Below are positions 47,185 to 64,000 of a stretch of 64,000 bases of DNA, in pieces (within the stretch, counting starts at the first letter, position 1; the number at the start of each line of letters is the position of its first letter). Under the pieces are notes generated by a model that had not been told where the DNA came from, ran no database searches, and was given only the letters and a program-made list of their open reading frames with translations. Location: the NCBI RefSeq assembly GCF_041886205.1, contig NZ_CP169029.1; one strand, 5' to 3'. The position numbers were made by a program, and so were the translations under genes. Source of the DNA: Escherichia coli (lineage in GTDB: Bacteria; Pseudomonadota; Gammaproteobacteria; Enterobacterales; Enterobacteriaceae).

Positions 47185-48687
47185 TTACGCTACAGCAGCT
47201 TTCGCCGCTTTGTCTGCAGCGTCATCCTGCGTCATACGGTGCAGTTTAGGCGCGGTCAGCAGCATCAGTACTGCAATAATGGCAGTAGCGACACCAATCT
47301 GCAAGAATACGCGACCATAAACTTCCAGTGACATCAGCGGGTCGGTAACGTTATCCGGCACAGCCATCATACCCGCAACATAACCACCAATCAGGTTTGC
47401 ACCGGCAGTGGTCAGGAACCAGCTACCCATAATGAAGCCCATCAGACGCTGCGGAACGAGTTGTGCAACCATTGCCAGACCCAGACCAGAGATCATCAGT
47501 TCCCCGATGCTCTGCAGGCCATAGCTTGCGACCAGCCAGCTTACAGACACGATACCAGCGTCAGACGCGAATTTCGCACCCAGCGGCAGAATCAGGAACG
47601 CACCAGAACACATCACCATGCCGATTGCAAACTTGGTTGGCATCGGCAGGGTATCGCCCATCTTGTTATAGATAGCGGCCAGAATCGGACTACCGATGAT
47701 GATCCAGAACGGGTTCAGTGCCTGATACTGCTCAGGTTCTACGGCCAGACCCAGAATGGAGTGCTCAACGTTACGAATCGCAAAGAAGTTCAGTGACGTT
47801 GGCATCTGGCTGTACAGCACGAAGAAGATAATGGCTTCGAGCATCAGGATGAAGGCAACGATCATTTTACGACGCGCAGCACCTTTCATCGCGAAGGCTT
47901 CTTTACCGAAGATAACCACGATACCGAAGGCAACAACGCCCAGCGCCATACGCGCAACTTCCTGATTGTGCAGCAGCCAGGTGGCGATAGCGATCAGTGC
48001 CACAACACCAATAATGGTCAGCAGCAGGTTACGGTAGTTGATAGGCTCGAAGTCTGGTTTTGAACCGTACTGTTTAACCCAGCGTTGGCAGAAGGCGAAG
48101 TTAACGATAGTGATCAGCAGGCCTACAACGCTCAACGCAAACGCAACACTCCAGCCGTATTTCGCGGCCAGCCACGGCGTAGCAATCATAGAGAAGAAAG
48201 AGCCGATGTTGACGGACATGTAGTACATGGTGAATGCACCGTCCAGACGCGGGTCGTTTTTCTCATAGCATGTAGAAAGCAGAGAAGACGGGTTAGCTTT
48301 AAACAGGCCGTTACCGACCGCAATAGCCGCCATACCCATATAAACGATACCGGCGTCGTGACCAGACCAGGCAACCAGAGCATAACCAATCGCCAGCACA
48401 ATAGCGCCGAGCATAATTACGCGTTTAGTACCCAGTACCTTGTCACCTAACCAGCCGCCGATAGCGACCAGACCATAAACCAGGGCACTAAAGGAAGAGA
48501 AAAGGGTGATTGAATCCGCTTCAGACATACCCAGTTGTTTAACCAGGTAAACAGCCATAATTCCTTGTAGGCCGTAATAACCAAAACGTTCCCATAACTC
48601 AATCGAGAAGATGAGATAGAACGCCTTCGGTTGTTTGAAAGCGTTCAAACTGACGCTTTCAGTTGGTTTTTGGTTTGCAGTGGACAC
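47185..48687 (-). CDS. dtpA: Proton-dependent di/tripeptide permease DtpA (TppB/YdgR), POT family
   Basis: 500-aa polytopic [42 protein letters not shown].. matching DtpA. Confidence 0.92.
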   Translation of the reverse strand: MSTANQKPTESVSLNAFKQPKAFYLIFSIELWERFGYYGLQGIMAVYLVKQLGMSEADSITLFSSFSALVYGLVAIGGWLGDKVLGTKRVIMLGAIVLAIGYALVAWSGHDAGIVYMGMAAIAVGNGLFKANPSSLLSTCYEKNDPRLDGAFTMYYMSVNIGSFFSMIATPWLAAKYGWSVAFALSVVGLLITIVNFAFCQRWVKQYGSKPDFEPINYRNLLLTIIGVVALIAIATWLLHNQEVARMALGVVAFGIVVIFGKEAFAMKGAARRKMIVAFILMLEAIIFFVLYSQMPTSLNFFAIRNVEHSILGLAVEPEQYQALNPFWIIIGSPILAAIYNKMGDTLPMPTKFAIGMVMCSGAFLILPLGAKFASDAGIVSVSWLVASYGLQSIGELMISGLGLAMVAQLVPQRLMGFIMGSWFLTTAGANLIGGYVAGMMAVPDNVTDPLMSLEVYGRVFLQIGVATAIIAVLMLLTAPKLHRMTQDDAADKAAKAAVA

Positions 48688-49297
48688 TTTTACCTCTTTT
48701 TTTACATCCCATATTAACGGGGGTGCTTTCTCGCGTTATGTCTAAAAAACATACGCGCAATTGTTATAGTGGGAGGGGAAACGGCAGGTAATGTTCACTA
48801 TCTTGCACTTTCAGACAAGTCCTTTGTAATAATCTGTTACATATAACTGAGGCGGGGAATTCAACCATTCCGGGAAATGTTATCCAGCGTTAAATTTTTC
48901 AAAAAACGTAACGGCAGATTTTTTCACTGCACTGAGAGGGGGGTGATGGCTTAACGGCGATATGTTCTGCTATTTAGCGTTTTTACTAGTGAGATAGTCC
49001 AGTTTCTGAAAAATAGCCAGTGTAATGTTTTGTAGGTCAATATTTGTTGCGTGTGTAAATTTAAATGATTTTAACCTTATTCTTGCAATGTTTTTACATT
49101 GCGACAGCATCGTGATCTTGATCACGAATGAATAGAAAATTTCGCTATTAAAAAAACAATTAACCTGCATTTTTGGTTATCCGCAAACGGATTACCTGAT
49201 GATAACGCTAAGCAATGGCATCATTCACGTTAAAAAGATGTTTTAAAAGAGGATAAAGAAAGGTTATCAATGGGGTAATCGGTGTTACCCCTTTTCT

Positions 49298-49933
49298 TCA
49301 GATGTCAACTTTCTCTTTGTATTCACAAAGATCTTCAATAATACAAGAGCCACAGCGGGGCTTGCGGGCAATGCAGGTATAACGCCCGTGCAGGATCAAC
49401 CAATGGTGGCAGTCGACTTTAAACTCTGCCGGAACCACTTTCAGTAGCTTTTCTTCTACCTGTTCGACGTTTTTCCCCGGCGCAAATTGAGTACGATTAC
49501 AAACGCGGAAAATGTGCGTGTCGACAGCAATAGTCGGCCAGCCGAATGCAGTGTTTAATACGACGTTGGCTGTTTTACGACCTACGCCGGGCAGGGCTTC
49601 AAGCGCAGCACGATCTTCCGGAACCTCGCCATTATGCTGCTCCAGTAAGATACGGCAGGTTTTGATGATATTTTCTGCTTTGCTGTTATAAAGCCCAATC
49701 GTTTTGATATAGGTTTTAACCCCTTCAACGCCCAGTTCAAGCATCGCTGCAGGCGTATTCGCCACCGGGTAGAGTTTCGCCGTCGCCTTATTAACACTGA
49801 CATCGGTCGCCTGAGCGGAAAGCAGTACGGCAATCAGCAATTCAAAAGGCGAACTGAAATTAAGCTCGGTGGTGGGATGAGGATTGTTCTCACGCAGGCG
49901 AGTGAGGATCTCCAGGCGTTTTGCTTTGTTCAT
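49298..49933 (-). CDS. nth: Endonuclease III (DNA glycosylase/AP lyase, 4Fe-4S)
   Basis: 211-aa ORF with helix-hairpin-helix region and C-terminal Cys cluster (CIARKPRCGSCIIEDLC). Confidence 0.93.
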   Translation of the reverse strand: MNKAKRLEILTRLRENNPHPTTELNFSSPFELLIAVLLSAQATDVSVNKATAKLYPVANTPAAMLELGVEGVKTYIKTIGLYNSKAENIIKTCRILLEQHNGEVPEDRAALEALPGVGRKTANVVLNTAFGWPTIAVDTHIFRVCNRTQFAPGKNVEQVEEKLLKVVPAEFKVDCHHWLILHGRYTCIARKPRCGSCIIEDLCEYKEKVDI

Positions 49934-50628
49934 CAGACATTCCCTGTTTCACCGTTTGGCAATGCACGTTCGGCAGCTGCTTCAGCACGGCGCTTTTTCA
50001 TTCTTTCATCAATCAGGTATTTTCCTGCCAGCATCAGTCCCAGGCCAATAAATGCACCTGGAGGCAGCATCGCCAGCAGGAAAGGGGAGTCGGTGTGGAA
50101 AATTTCCACGCGTAATACTTTTGCCCAGCTACCTAACAGCGCATCTGCACCGTCAAACAATGTGCCATTGCCGATAATTTCGCGTAGTGAACCCAGCACG
50201 AACATGGCGCAGGTTGCGCCCATACCAATTGAAAAGCCGTCCAGTGCCGAAAGCGCCGGACCTTTTTTGGCGGCGAAGGCTTCAGCGCGGCCCACAACGA
50301 TACAGTTAGTGACAATCAGCGGAATAAAAATCCCTAATGATTGATACAGGCCAAAGGCGTAGGCGTTGATCAGCATCTGTACAGCGCTGACCACCGAGGC
50401 GATGATCATCACGTAAATGGGAATGCGGATCTCGGCTGGCGTCCAGTGACGCAGCGTCGAAATGGTCAGGTTGGTCAGCGTCAGTACCAGCGTAGTCGCA
50501 AGTCCTAAACCCAGAGCGTTAGTGGCAGTGGACGTGACCGCCAACAGAGGACAAAGGCCGAGCAACTGGACCAGCGCAGAGTTGTTTTTCCACAACCCCT
50601 GAACAATAACGTCTTTAATTTCGCTCAC
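49933..50628 (-). CDS. rsxE: Rsx/Rnf electron-transport complex subunit E
   Basis: 231-aa membrane ORF; stop overlaps the nth start; position in rsxABCDGE-nth. Confidence 0.9.
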   Translation of the reverse strand: MSEIKDVIVQGLWKNNSALVQLLGLCPLLAVTSTATNALGLGLATTLVLTLTNLTISTLRHWTPAEIRIPIYVMIIASVVSAVQMLINAYAFGLYQSLGIFIPLIVTNCIVVGRAEAFAAKKGPALSALDGFSIGMGATCAMFVLGSLREIIGNGTLFDGADALLGSWAKVLRVEIFHTDSPFLLAMLPPGAFIGLGLMLAGKYLIDERMKKRRAEAAAERALPNGETGNV

Positions 50629-50631
50629 GCT

Positions 50632-51252
50632 TTATTCTCCACAGGCAGGAAGTTGAGAAAGTTGTGCCGGTAACGTCTGAGCGTACAATCCGGCGCGTTT
50701 TACCGCATTAACCACCGCGCGGGGAGTAATCGTCGCGCCGGTGAACTGGTCGAAATCACCACCATCTTTCTTCACCGCCCAGTGCGCATCATCTGCACCA
50801 CTGATTTTTTTACCCGCAAAATGGGTGATCCAGTCAGAAAGGCGCAGTTCGATTTTATCGCCAAGCCCTGGCGTTTCGTGGTGCTCTGTCACGCGCGTGC
50901 CAAGTACCGTGCCGTTAAAATCGGCTCCTACCAGCAGCTGAATCGCACCGGAATAGCCATCTGGCGCGGTTGCTTCCAGAACGGCGGCTACCGGTTTGTC
51001 ATCCTGTTTGGCGATGTAAACCCGATGCTCACCTTTACCTAACTCTGGCGCAGTTACCAGATAGCAACTCTGTGCCAGCGCATTGTTATAGCGTTCGGCT
51101 GGCAGCACCTGATCAAATAACGCCTTTTGTTGCAGACTGGCCTGTTCAGCAATCGTCGTTTTGGTCATCTGGTTGATGGCCGCAGTTAACCCTGTTGAAC
51201 CCGCTGCAAATAGCGCCAACGTAATGCCGTGTTTTCGGATAGTTTTCAGCAT
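50632..51252 (-). CDS. rsxG: Rsx/Rnf electron-transport complex subunit G
   Basis: 206-aa ORF with N-terminal membrane anchor; operon position. Confidence 0.9.
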   Translation of the reverse strand: MLKTIRKHGITLALFAAGSTGLTAAINQMTKTTIAEQASLQQKALFDQVLPAERYNNALAQSCYLVTAPELGKGEHRVYIAKQDDKPVAAVLEATAPDGYSGAIQLLVGADFNGTVLGTRVTEHHETPGLGDKIELRLSDWITHFAGKKISGADDAHWAVKKDGGDFDQFTGATITPRAVVNAVKRAGLYAQTLPAQLSQLPACGE

Positions 51253-51255
51253 GGT

Positions 51256-52314
51256 TTACCCTTTGCGATGGCCGTAGACGCGCGGACGCGTGTAGTAATC
51301 GATCAGAGGAACCGTGATGTTCGCCAGCAGGACGGCAAAAGCCACGCCGTCAGGATAGCCGCCGAAACTGCGGATCAACCAGACTAATAAGCCCGCAAGC
51401 GCGCCGAAAATAAGACGACCACGATTGGTCGTAGAAGCGGTAACCGGGTCAGTCAAAATAAAGAATGCGCCGAGCATGGTCGCTCCAGACAGCAGATGAA
51501 TTTGCGGTGCTGCCAGTGTTTCTGGTGAGAACAACCAGCCCAACATTGCGCATAACGCCAGCGTTACTAAGAAGCTGAGGGGAATATGCCAGCGAATCGC
51601 TTTCTGCCATAGCAACCATACGCCGCCAGCCAGCCAGGCGAGATTTACCCATTGCCAACCAGCGCCCGCCAGAATACCGCTGTAGATCGGATATTGCATA
51701 ATCTGTTCAACCGAATGACCGGCACGGACAGAGGTTTTAAATGTATCCAGCGGTGTCGCCTGACTAATGCCATCAATACCTAAGCGTAGTGTGTTCATAT
51801 CACCACCACTGGCGGTATGACCGCTAAAAATAACCTGGATGGCGTCGATAAAACCAGGGATGTTGACCGCAATTTCATGTGGCGGTAACCAGCTGGTCAT
51901 CTGCACGGGGAAGGAGATCAGTAAGACCACATAACCAATCATTGCCGGATTAAACGGGTTTTGTCCCAGACCGCCATACAACTGTTTAGCGATGATCACC
52001 GCAAACACCGTACCGAGCACGACCATCCACCATGGCGCGAGGGGGGGAATACTTACCGCCAGCAATAAGCCTGTCAGCAATGCTGAGTTATCTTTCAACG
52101 TGGCGGCTACCGACTGTTTGCGTAGTTTGAGTACGAGAGCTTCGGCTAACAGAGCACTGACCGACGCCAACAGGATCTGAACGAGAGTACCCCAACCAAA
52201 AAACCACAGTTGCGCTGCGATTCCTGGCACGGCTGCGAGCAACACCAACAGCATAATGCGCGATGTCTGGCGCTGGTTATGGGTATAAGGGGAGCTAGCT
52301 ATTCTGAATACCAT
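51256..52314 (-). CDS. rsxD: Rsx/Rnf electron-transport complex subunit D
   Basis: 352-aa polytopic ORF; operon position. Confidence 0.9.
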   Translation of the reverse strand: MVFRIASSPYTHNQRQTSRIMLLVLLAAVPGIAAQLWFFGWGTLVQILLASVSALLAEALVLKLRKQSVAATLKDNSALLTGLLLAVSIPPLAPWWMVVLGTVFAVIIAKQLYGGLGQNPFNPAMIGYVVLLISFPVQMTSWLPPHEIAVNIPGFIDAIQVIFSGHTASGGDMNTLRLGIDGISQATPLDTFKTSVRAGHSVEQIMQYPIYSGILAGAGWQWVNLAWLAGGVWLLWQKAIRWHIPLSFLVTLALCAMLGWLFSPETLAAPQIHLLSGATMLGAFFILTDPVTASTTNRGRLIFGALAGLLVWLIRSFGGYPDGVAFAVLLANITVPLIDYYTRPRVYGHRKG

Positions 52315-55107
<2,793 letters not shown>

Positions 55108-55108
<1 letters not shown>

Positions 55109-55689
55109 TACAACTTCACCAAACCACTAAAGCCCATAAAGGCCAGAGACATAAGACCTGCGGTAATTAACGCAATGGCATTACCGCGAAAAGGTGCCGG
55201 GACATCAGCCACAGCAAGGCGTTCGCGGATGGCGGCGAAGAGCACCATCACCAGCGAGAAACCGACAGCGGCGGAAAAACCGTACAGCGCCGACTGCAAG
55301 AAATTGTGCCCGAGATTGATATTCAGCAACGCCACGCCGAGCACTGCACAGTTGGTGGTGATAAGCGGCAAAAAAATCCCCAGCAGACGGTAAAGCACCG
55401 GGCTGGTTTTGCGCACCACCATCTCGGTGAACTGCACGACCACAGCAATCACCAGAATAAATGCCAGGGTGCGCAGGTAAATCAGATTAAGTGGGATCAA
55501 AATCCACGTATCGATAAGCCAGGCGCAAATAGACGCCAGCGTCATCACAAACGTTGTTGCCAGCCCCATGCCCATCGCGGTTTCCAGTTTTTTGGAAACC
55601 CCCATAAACGGACAGAGACCGAGAAACTTGACCAGTACAAAGTTATTGACCAGTACAGTTCCGACAAACAGTAACAGGTAGTCAGTCAT
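55108..55689 (-). CDS. rsxA: Rsx/Rnf electron-transport complex subunit A
   Basis: 193-aa polytopic ORF; first gene of the operon on the minus strand. Confidence 0.9.
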
Positions 55690-55765
55690 TTTTCGGCCTG
55701 AAATAAAAAAGCCGCCTATTATCCGTTAATCCAGAGCAGGCGACAACAGGTTAACTGTAAGGTTA

Positions 55766-56206
55766 TTACGGATTCACAAACGTCGCTTTTACCCGCGACG
55801 AGCGTTTGAAATAGGGGACGATCAATGCGGTTGCCAACAAAGTAAACAGCAACTGGCGAACGGCTATGCCATCTTCCACGGGTGAAAAAGCGAATGCTTT
55901 TACTGCCAGCAATACGGAAATAAGCAGCCAGATAATATAGTGTTTAGGAACACAACGCCGACGTTTAAAGAAAGCGATGGTCAACCACAGTGTGTAATAC
56001 CACATGGCGATAGCGGTAATAAAAGAAACGCCCCATAAGATTTGTGTCGTCAGTGCTTGTCCGCCGAGCGTTTGAAATGTTTGCGGAGAAGATAACGCAG
56101 CGGTATACAGCAACAACGCCAGCGTCGTACTCAACAGAGCGACTAAAAGCCAGGCCAACGGGCCAAGCAACCAGCCTCCAATACGTTGTGGCGTTGTGGT
56201 GGTCAT
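55766..56206 (-). CDS. ydgK: DUF2569 inner-membrane protein YdgK
   Basis: ORF trimmed to MTTTTPQRIGGWLLGPLAWLLVALL.. (146 aa). Confidence 0.8.
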   Translation of the reverse strand: MTTTTPQRIGGWLLGPLAWLLVALLSTTLALLLYTAALSSPQTFQTLGGQALTTQILWGVSFITAIAMWYYTLWLTIAFFKRRRCVPKHYIIWLLISVLLAVKAFAFSPVEDGIAVRQLLFTLLATALIVPYFKRSSRVKATFVNP

Positions 56207-56291
56207 AGGTTCTCCAGAATAGCGACGCAAACAGGCAAATCTAATTTTAGGGGCGTTATTATAAGGCTTTTATAACCGATCGCTACTTTCT

Positions 56292-56507
56292 TTATTGGAC
56301 ATAGTGCCAGACGGACTTCGGTACCTGGCCGAGGTCAAACAAACGCCCGCCAGAAACCAGCTCTGCGCGACGGTGATCGGCAGCACGATACATATTGATC
56401 AGTTCCTGATCGTCCGTCAGGGTGTAATTAAGATGGTCGTAGAGTTTTTCCAGACTTTCGAGTGAACTGATTTTGCGAAATTTTAATAAGTAGTCCTGAA
56501 CAGTCAT
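56292..56507 (-). CDS. cnu: OriC-binding nucleoid-associated protein Cnu (YdgT), Hha family
   Basis: 71-aa [61 protein letters not shown].. matching Cnu. Confidence 0.92.
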
Positions 56508-56779
56508 AAAAGGTCCATAAAATAATTAATACCAAAGGGGTAGGTATTATTAGTGATGATAAAATTTCACCAAAAGTGAACGCTTGTGTTATTACAATAA
56601 TAAGAATGCGCTGATGGCAAATATTCAGGGATGAAAAACTGCTCTGAAAAGAGTAACGCGCTTTACTATCCCTGACAATCACCAACAACATCGAACAAGA
56701 TAATAAATTCCTGGTTTAATATCCGACAAGTGAAAACATGCACCCGGACGGGCAGCATGTCGCTCCACAAGTGCAGAGC

Positions 56780-56905
56780 TTACTTGTGTTGTACCGAAGC
56801 ACTCTGTTCAGGTGGCTGATAGTTGTCAATGTGACTCGCCACGCCAAGAAGAATGACTGAAACGACAAGAACGATCCAACCTGTTAATTCAATAAGACGA
56901 TTCAT
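56780..56905 (-). CDS. blr: Small membrane protein Blr (41 aa)
   Basis: Internal Met of ORF 56780..56980 gives MNRLIELTGWIVLVVSVILLGVASHIDNYQPPEQSASVQHK, matching Blr from memory. Confidence 0.7.
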   Translation of the reverse strand: MNRLIELTGWIVLVVSVILLGVASHIDNYQPPEQSASVQHK

Positions 56906-57147
56906 TACAGCCCACATCTCTCTTGATTGATCCATTAACTTCAGGGGGTAAATGTTACTTAGCAATAATAGCTCCAGCAAGATTTTTACTGAGGTTTTTG
57001 CGATATTTAGCTTTTGTCGTTGGAAAATTCGCTATTTTTTTGACTTAAGTTAAACAACATCCCTTATTGCTGGCAGGTTATTAAACTGTTGAGCGTGGGT
57101 AAAGGATAGTGTCAAATAGCCATCATACTTCAATGAGAGGCAATGAC

Positions 57148-58188
57148 ATGAGCGACAACATCCGTGTTGGGTTGATTGGGTATGGTTATGCGAGCAAAAC
57201 CTTCCATGCGCCCCTGATTGCGGGCACGCCCGGGCTGGAACTGGCGGTAATCTCCAGCAGTGATGAAACAAAAGTAAAAGCCGACTGGCCAACGGTTACG
57301 GTTGTCTCTGAGCCGAAGCATCTGTTTAACGATCCCAACATAGACCTGATTGTCATTCCTACACCCAACGATACCCATTTCCCGTTAGCCAAAGCGGCGC
57401 TTGAGGCGGGTAAACATGTGGTCGTTGATAAACCCTTTACCGTGACACTGTCACAAGCGCGAGAGCTGGATGCGCTGGCAAAAAGCCTGGGGCGTGTGCT
57501 GTCTGTATTCCATAACCGTCGCTGGGATAGCGATTTCTTGACGCTAAAAGGTTTACTCGCGGAAGGCGTGCTGGGTGAAGTTGCTTACTTTGAGTCTCAT
57601 TTTGACCGCTTCCGTCCGCAGGTGCGCGATCGTTGGCGTGAACAGGGCGGCCCAGGCAGCGGTATCTGGTACGATTTAGCACCACATCTTCTTGATCAGG
57701 CCATTACGCTTTTTGGTTTACCGGTCAGCATGACGGTAGATTTGGCACAGTTACGGCCCGGAGCGCAGTCGACCGATTATTTCCACGCCATCTTGTCCTA
57801 TCCACAGCGGCGAGTCATTTTACACGGTACCATGCTGGCAGCCGCTGAGTCAGCACGGTATATCGTGCATGGATCCCGAGGCAGTTATGTGAAATATGGC
57901 CTCGATCCACAGGAAGAACGTCTGAAAAATGGCGAGCGTCTACCGCAGGAAGACTGGGGCTACGATATGCGTGATGGCGTACTTACCCGCGTGGAAGGTG
58001 AGGAACGTGTCGAAGAAACGCTGTTGACGGTGCCTGGGAATTATCCGGCTTACTATGCGGCTATTCGTGATGCGTTAAATGGCGATGGTGAAAATCCGGT
58101 TCCGGCAAGCCAGGCAATCCAGGTAATGGAGTTGATTGAGCTGGGTATCGAATCCGCCAAACATCGCGCGACTTTGTGCCTTGCATGA
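57148..58188 (+). CDS. ydgJ: Gfo/Idh/MocA-family NAD(P)-dependent oxidoreductase YdgJ
   Basis: ORF trimmed to MSDNIRVGLIGYGYASKTFHAPLIAG.. (346 aa) after a GAGAGG Shine-Dalgarno; Rossmann motif GLIGYG. Confidence 0.88.
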   Translation: MSDNIRVGLIGYGYASKTFHAPLIAGTPGLELAVISSSDETKVKADWPTVTVVSEPKHLFNDPNIDLIVIPTPNDTHFPLAKAALEAGKHVVVDKPFTVTLSQARELDALAKSLGRVLSVFHNRRWDSDFLTLKGLLAEGVLGEVAYFESHFDRFRPQVRDRWREQGGPGSGIWYDLAPHLLDQAITLFGLPVSMTVDLAQLRPGAQSTDYFHAILSYPQRRVILHGTMLAAAESARYIVHGSRGSYVKYGLDPQEERLKNGERLPQEDWGYDMRDGVLTRVEGEERVEETLLTVPGNYPAYYAAIRDALNGDGENPVPASQAIQVMELIELGIESAKHRATLCLA

Positions 58189-58221
58189 AAAATGGATGGT
58201 GCATTTGCACCATCCATTTTG

Positions 58222-59223
58222 TTACTTCGCGGCGACTTTTTCTCGCAGTGCGCGTTTTTCCTCAGCGCTGAGGAAAGCCATTTCCAGACCATTAATCTGT
58301 GCCTGGCGGATTTGCTCGCGGGATAACCCAGCAGCTGGCGCGGCAACGGTATATTCGTGAATGATATCCACTCCCTGTACGCCGGGATCGTCAGTGTTAA
58401 TGCTGGCACGAATGCCATGCTCAAGGAACGTTTTCAGCGGATGTGCAGCCAGCTCTGCTACGGTGCTGGTCTGAATATTGGAGGTCAGACAGGATTCAAT
58501 ACCAATTTGTTGCTCGGCGAGAAAATCCATCAGCGCCCGATCTTCAATGGCTTTTACGCCATGTCCAATACGCTCCGCACCCAGTTCACGAATCGCCTGC
58601 CAGATGCTTTCCGGCCCGGCAGCTTCGCCTGCATGGACGGTAATATGCCAGCCCGCATCACGCGCGCGGTTGAAGTGAGAAAGGAACAGACTTCCCGGGA
58701 AACCAAGTTCATCACCGGCTAAATCAAGTGCGGTAATCTGGTCACGGTGGGCTAAAAAGGCCTCCAGCTCTTGCTGACAGGCGGCTTCGCCGAAGGTCCG
58801 GCTCATAATGCCGATAAGCTTCGCCTGCACACCAAAGGTGCGGCAACCTTCACGTACGCCATCGATCACCGCTTCGACAACACCCGCTACAGGCAGCTGA
58901 TGTGCCATTGCCATGTAGCCTGGTGAAAAACGCAGCTCGACATAGTGCAGGCCGTGACGGGCTGCATCTTCAATGTTTTCAAATGCCACGCGGCGACAGG
59001 CATCAAGAGAGGCGAGAACTTTAACGCCCCAGTCAAGTTTGGTCAGAAAGCTCACCAGATCGGGTTCGTTGGCAATGACCTGAACGTGGGGAATCAGTGT
59101 TTCCAGGGATTGTGCAGGAAGCGAGATATTATACTGGCGGCCAAGTTCAAGAATGGTCTGGGGACGAATGTTGCCATCAAGGTGGCGATGGATATCAGTT
59201 AATGGCAGGGTGGTATCAATCAT
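58222..59223 (-). CDS. add: Adenosine deaminase
   Basis: 333-aa [31 protein letters not shown].. with the metal-binding HxH motif. Confidence 0.93.
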
Positions 59224-59280
59224 GGTCGCACTCTTTTTCTGGATATAAAAGTGCGCACCATTATAAAAACAAAGCAGGGT

Positions 59281-59320
59281 AAAAATCCACGATTGCGCAA
59301 CGATTTTTTACGTTGCGCAA
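59281..59320 (-). terminator. Candidate intrinsic terminator downstream of malY (end of malXY)
   Basis: 10-bp stem ttgcgcaacg/cgttgcgcaa with 8-nt AT-rich loop, a U-run a few nt downstream on the minus strand. Confidence 0.5.
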
Positions 59321-59326
59321 TTGGGG

Positions 59327-60499
59327 TTAACGAACAGCGCGGATGGCGTTAATTAATCCAGCCACACCTTTTTCCAGTTTCGAACGTGGGCAGCCGGCAT
59401 TGAGACGGACAAAACCACGACCTTCTTCACCGTAGGTATACCCCGGCATGATCGCGACTTTTTCTTGTTCGATAAGTGCTTTTTGCAACGCGTTGTCGTC
59501 AATATTCAACGGACGTAAATCAAGCCATGCCAGATAAGTGGATTGTGGGATCTGCCAGTTGAGTTCAGGAAACGCGGCGTTCATTTTATCTGCGATATAC
59601 GTCAGGTTATCTTTCAGATAGACGCGTAAGGCATCCAGCCACGGTGCACCTTGCTGATAGGCGGCGATATGGGCAGTTAACGCCAGTACCGAAGGGGAAG
59701 AAAGCCCATCACGTCCTTTCAGTGCCGATAAATAGGCATCACGGCTGCTGCTATTTTCTATAATCCCGTAAGCACCGGTCAGCGCGGGCATATTGAAACT
59801 TTTCGAGCCCGACGTCAGCAACGCCCAGTCTCCCCGCGCCACATTACTCCAGGGAATATGCGGCTGCTCGCCCCAGACCATATCCATATGGATTTCATCG
59901 GAAATAACCCGCACACCATGACGCTCGCACAGGTCAGCCATGATCTCCAGCTCATCGCACGTCCACACTTTCCCGGTAGGATTCTGTGGGCTACACAGGA
60001 GCATAATTTTACATTCTGGTTTCGCCAACACGGCTTCCAACTTGCCCATATCGCAAAACCAACCATCAGCCTGCTTCTCTAAAGCAACGGGCATTACTGT
60101 GCGCTGGTTACCTTCAATGGCCTTGTAAAATGCGTCATAGGCGGGTGTGTGGATCACCACGCCTTCACCTGTTTCAGACCACTGACGAATCAGTTCTGAA
60201 ACCATATAGATGACAGAAGGGCCATACACCACCGTCTGAGAATCGATGGCGGTGTAATGCTGGGTGGAAAACCAGTGGGCAATAGCCGCGAGAAACTCAT
60301 CGTTTTTCCAGCGGCTGTAGCCAAATACGCCGTGCATCAGGCGCTGATTCAGCGCCTCGATAATGCAGGGGGCAGTGGCAAAATCCATGTCTGAAATCGT
60401 GAACGGTAACAGGTCAGCAGTGCCGAAACGGTCAGCGACATAATCCCACTGTGTACACCATGTGCCATGACGATCCACGACCTTTGAAAAATCGAACAT
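59327..60499 (-). CDS. malY: PLP-dependent cystathionine beta-lyase / MalT-interacting protein MalY
   Basis: 390-aa ORF MFDFSKVVDRHGTWCTQWDYVADRFGTADLLPFTISDMDF.. matching MalY. Confidence 0.92.
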   Translation of the reverse strand: MFDFSKVVDRHGTWCTQWDYVADRFGTADLLPFTISDMDFATAPCIIEALNQRLMHGVFGYSRWKNDEFLAAIAHWFSTQHYTAIDSQTVVYGPSVIYMVSELIRQWSETGEGVVIHTPAYDAFYKAIEGNQRTVMPVALEKQADGWFCDMGKLEAVLAKPECKIMLLCSPQNPTGKVWTCDELEIMADLCERHGVRVISDEIHMDMVWGEQPHIPWSNVARGDWALLTSGSKSFNMPALTGAYGIIENSSSRDAYLSALKGRDGLSSPSVLALTAHIAAYQQGAPWLDALRVYLKDNLTYIADKMNAAFPELNWQIPQSTYLAWLDLRPLNIDDNALQKALIEQEKVAIMPGYTYGEEGRGFVRLNAGCPRSKLEKGVAGLINAIRAVR

Positions 60500-60508
60500 A
60501 TCTTATCC

Positions 60509-63304
<2,796 letters not shown>

Positions 63305-63415
63305 TCCTCTCTTTATCTGCTATACCTGGTAGTGTCCTTTCCTCAAGGTTAATGATAAAAAATGTGGCACACAGGCGGTGCCTTTTATTTTTACTGAAGT
63401 TCACAGGAGGTTTAT

Positions 63416-64000
63416 GTGTTTAATTCTGACAACCTGAGACTCGACGGAAAATGCGCCATCATCACAGGTGCGGGTGCAGGTATTGGTAAAGAAATCGCCA
63501 TTACATTCGCGACAGCTGGCGCATCTGTGGTGGTCAGTGATATTAACGCCGACGCAGCTAACCATGTTGTAGACGAAATTCAACAACTGGGTGGTCAGGC
63601 ATTTGCCTGGCGTTGTGATATTACTTCCGAACAGGAACTCTCTGCACTGGCAGACTTTGCTATCAGTAAGCTGGGTAAAGTTGATATTCTGGTTAACAAC
63701 GCCGGTGGCGGTGGTCCTAAACCGTTTGATATGCCAATGGCAGATTTTCGCCGTGCTTATGAACTGAATGTGTTTTCTTTTTTCCATCTGTCACAACTTG
63801 TTGCGCCAGAAATGGAAAAAAATGGCGGTGGCGTTATTCTGACCATCACTTCTATGGCGGCAGAAAATAAAAATATAAACATGACTTCCTATGCATCATC
63901 TAAAGCTGCGGCCAGTCATCTGGTCAGAAATATGGCGTTTGACCTGGGTGAAAAAAATATTCGGGTGAATGGCATTGCGCCGGGGGCAATATTAACCGAT
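63416..64000 (+). CDS. hdhA: 7-alpha-hydroxysteroid dehydrogenase (SDR family), N-terminal part; 3' end beyond the window
   Basis: GTG start after an AGGAGG Shine-Dalgarno; encodes (M)FNSDNLRLDGKCAIITGAGAGIGKEIA.. with the SDR glycine motif; missed by the ORF track because of the GTG start; the minus-strand ORF 63401..63787 is antisense to it. Confidence 0.85.
   Translation, partial: MFNSDNLRLDGKCAIITGAGAGIGKEIAITFATAGASVVVSDINADAANHVVDEIQQLGGQAFAWRCDITSEQELSALADFAISKLGKVDILVNNAGGGGPKPFDMPMADFRRAYELNVFSFFHLSQLVAPEMEKNGGGVILTITSMAAENKNINMTSYASSKAAASHLVRNMAFDLGEKNIRVNGIAPGAILTD

Noticed and set aside
63401-63787. 128-aa minus-strand ORF, and an ATG at 63414 as an alternative hdhA start
   Set aside because: The minus-strand ORF is antisense to hdhA; the ATG at 63414 is out of frame and hits a stop within 8 codons, whereas GTG at 63416 follows the AGGAGG Shine-Dalgarno and gives the SDR glycine motif

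Overview
This 64-kb window reads as conserved Escherichia coli-type core chromosome, in the opposite orientation to K-12 numbering. Gene order is sufS(partial)-sufE-ldtE-lpp-pykF-fumD-ydhYVWXUT-ydhS-ydhR(disrupted)-tRNA-Val x2-ydhQ-mdtK-ribC-cfa-punC-punR-purR-ynhF-ydhP-sodB-mepH-grxD-lhr-rnt-gloA-nemA-nemR-ydhL-ydhF-sodC-ydhK-ydhJ-ydhI-slyA-slyB-anmK-mliC-pdxH-tyrS-pdxY-gstA-dtpA-nth-rsxEGDCBA-ydgK-cnu-blr-ydgJ-add-malY-malX-malI-hdhA(partial). Gene calls rest on the supplied ORF translations matched from memory to known E. coli proteins, with several over-long ORFs trimmed to the start that has a Shine-Dalgarno and the expected protein length; no database search was run. The only clearly accessory DNA is a 1310-bp IS3-family insertion sequence (IS629/IS1203-like) at 13374..14683 that splits ydhR, flanked by a 3-bp AAT duplication. 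I found no CRISPR array, prophage, integron or defence-island signature, and no convincing evidence for a previously undescribed system. The features most worth a second look are the IS-disrupted ydhR, the poorly characterised FNR-linked ydhYVWXUT oxidoreductase cluster, a striking 9-residue repeat in YdhT, the 96-bp in-frame tandem repeats in rsxC, and several operator-like palindromes (PurR, NemR, SlyA, MalI, FNR) read directly from the sequence. All coordinates were counted by hand and could be off by a base or two.
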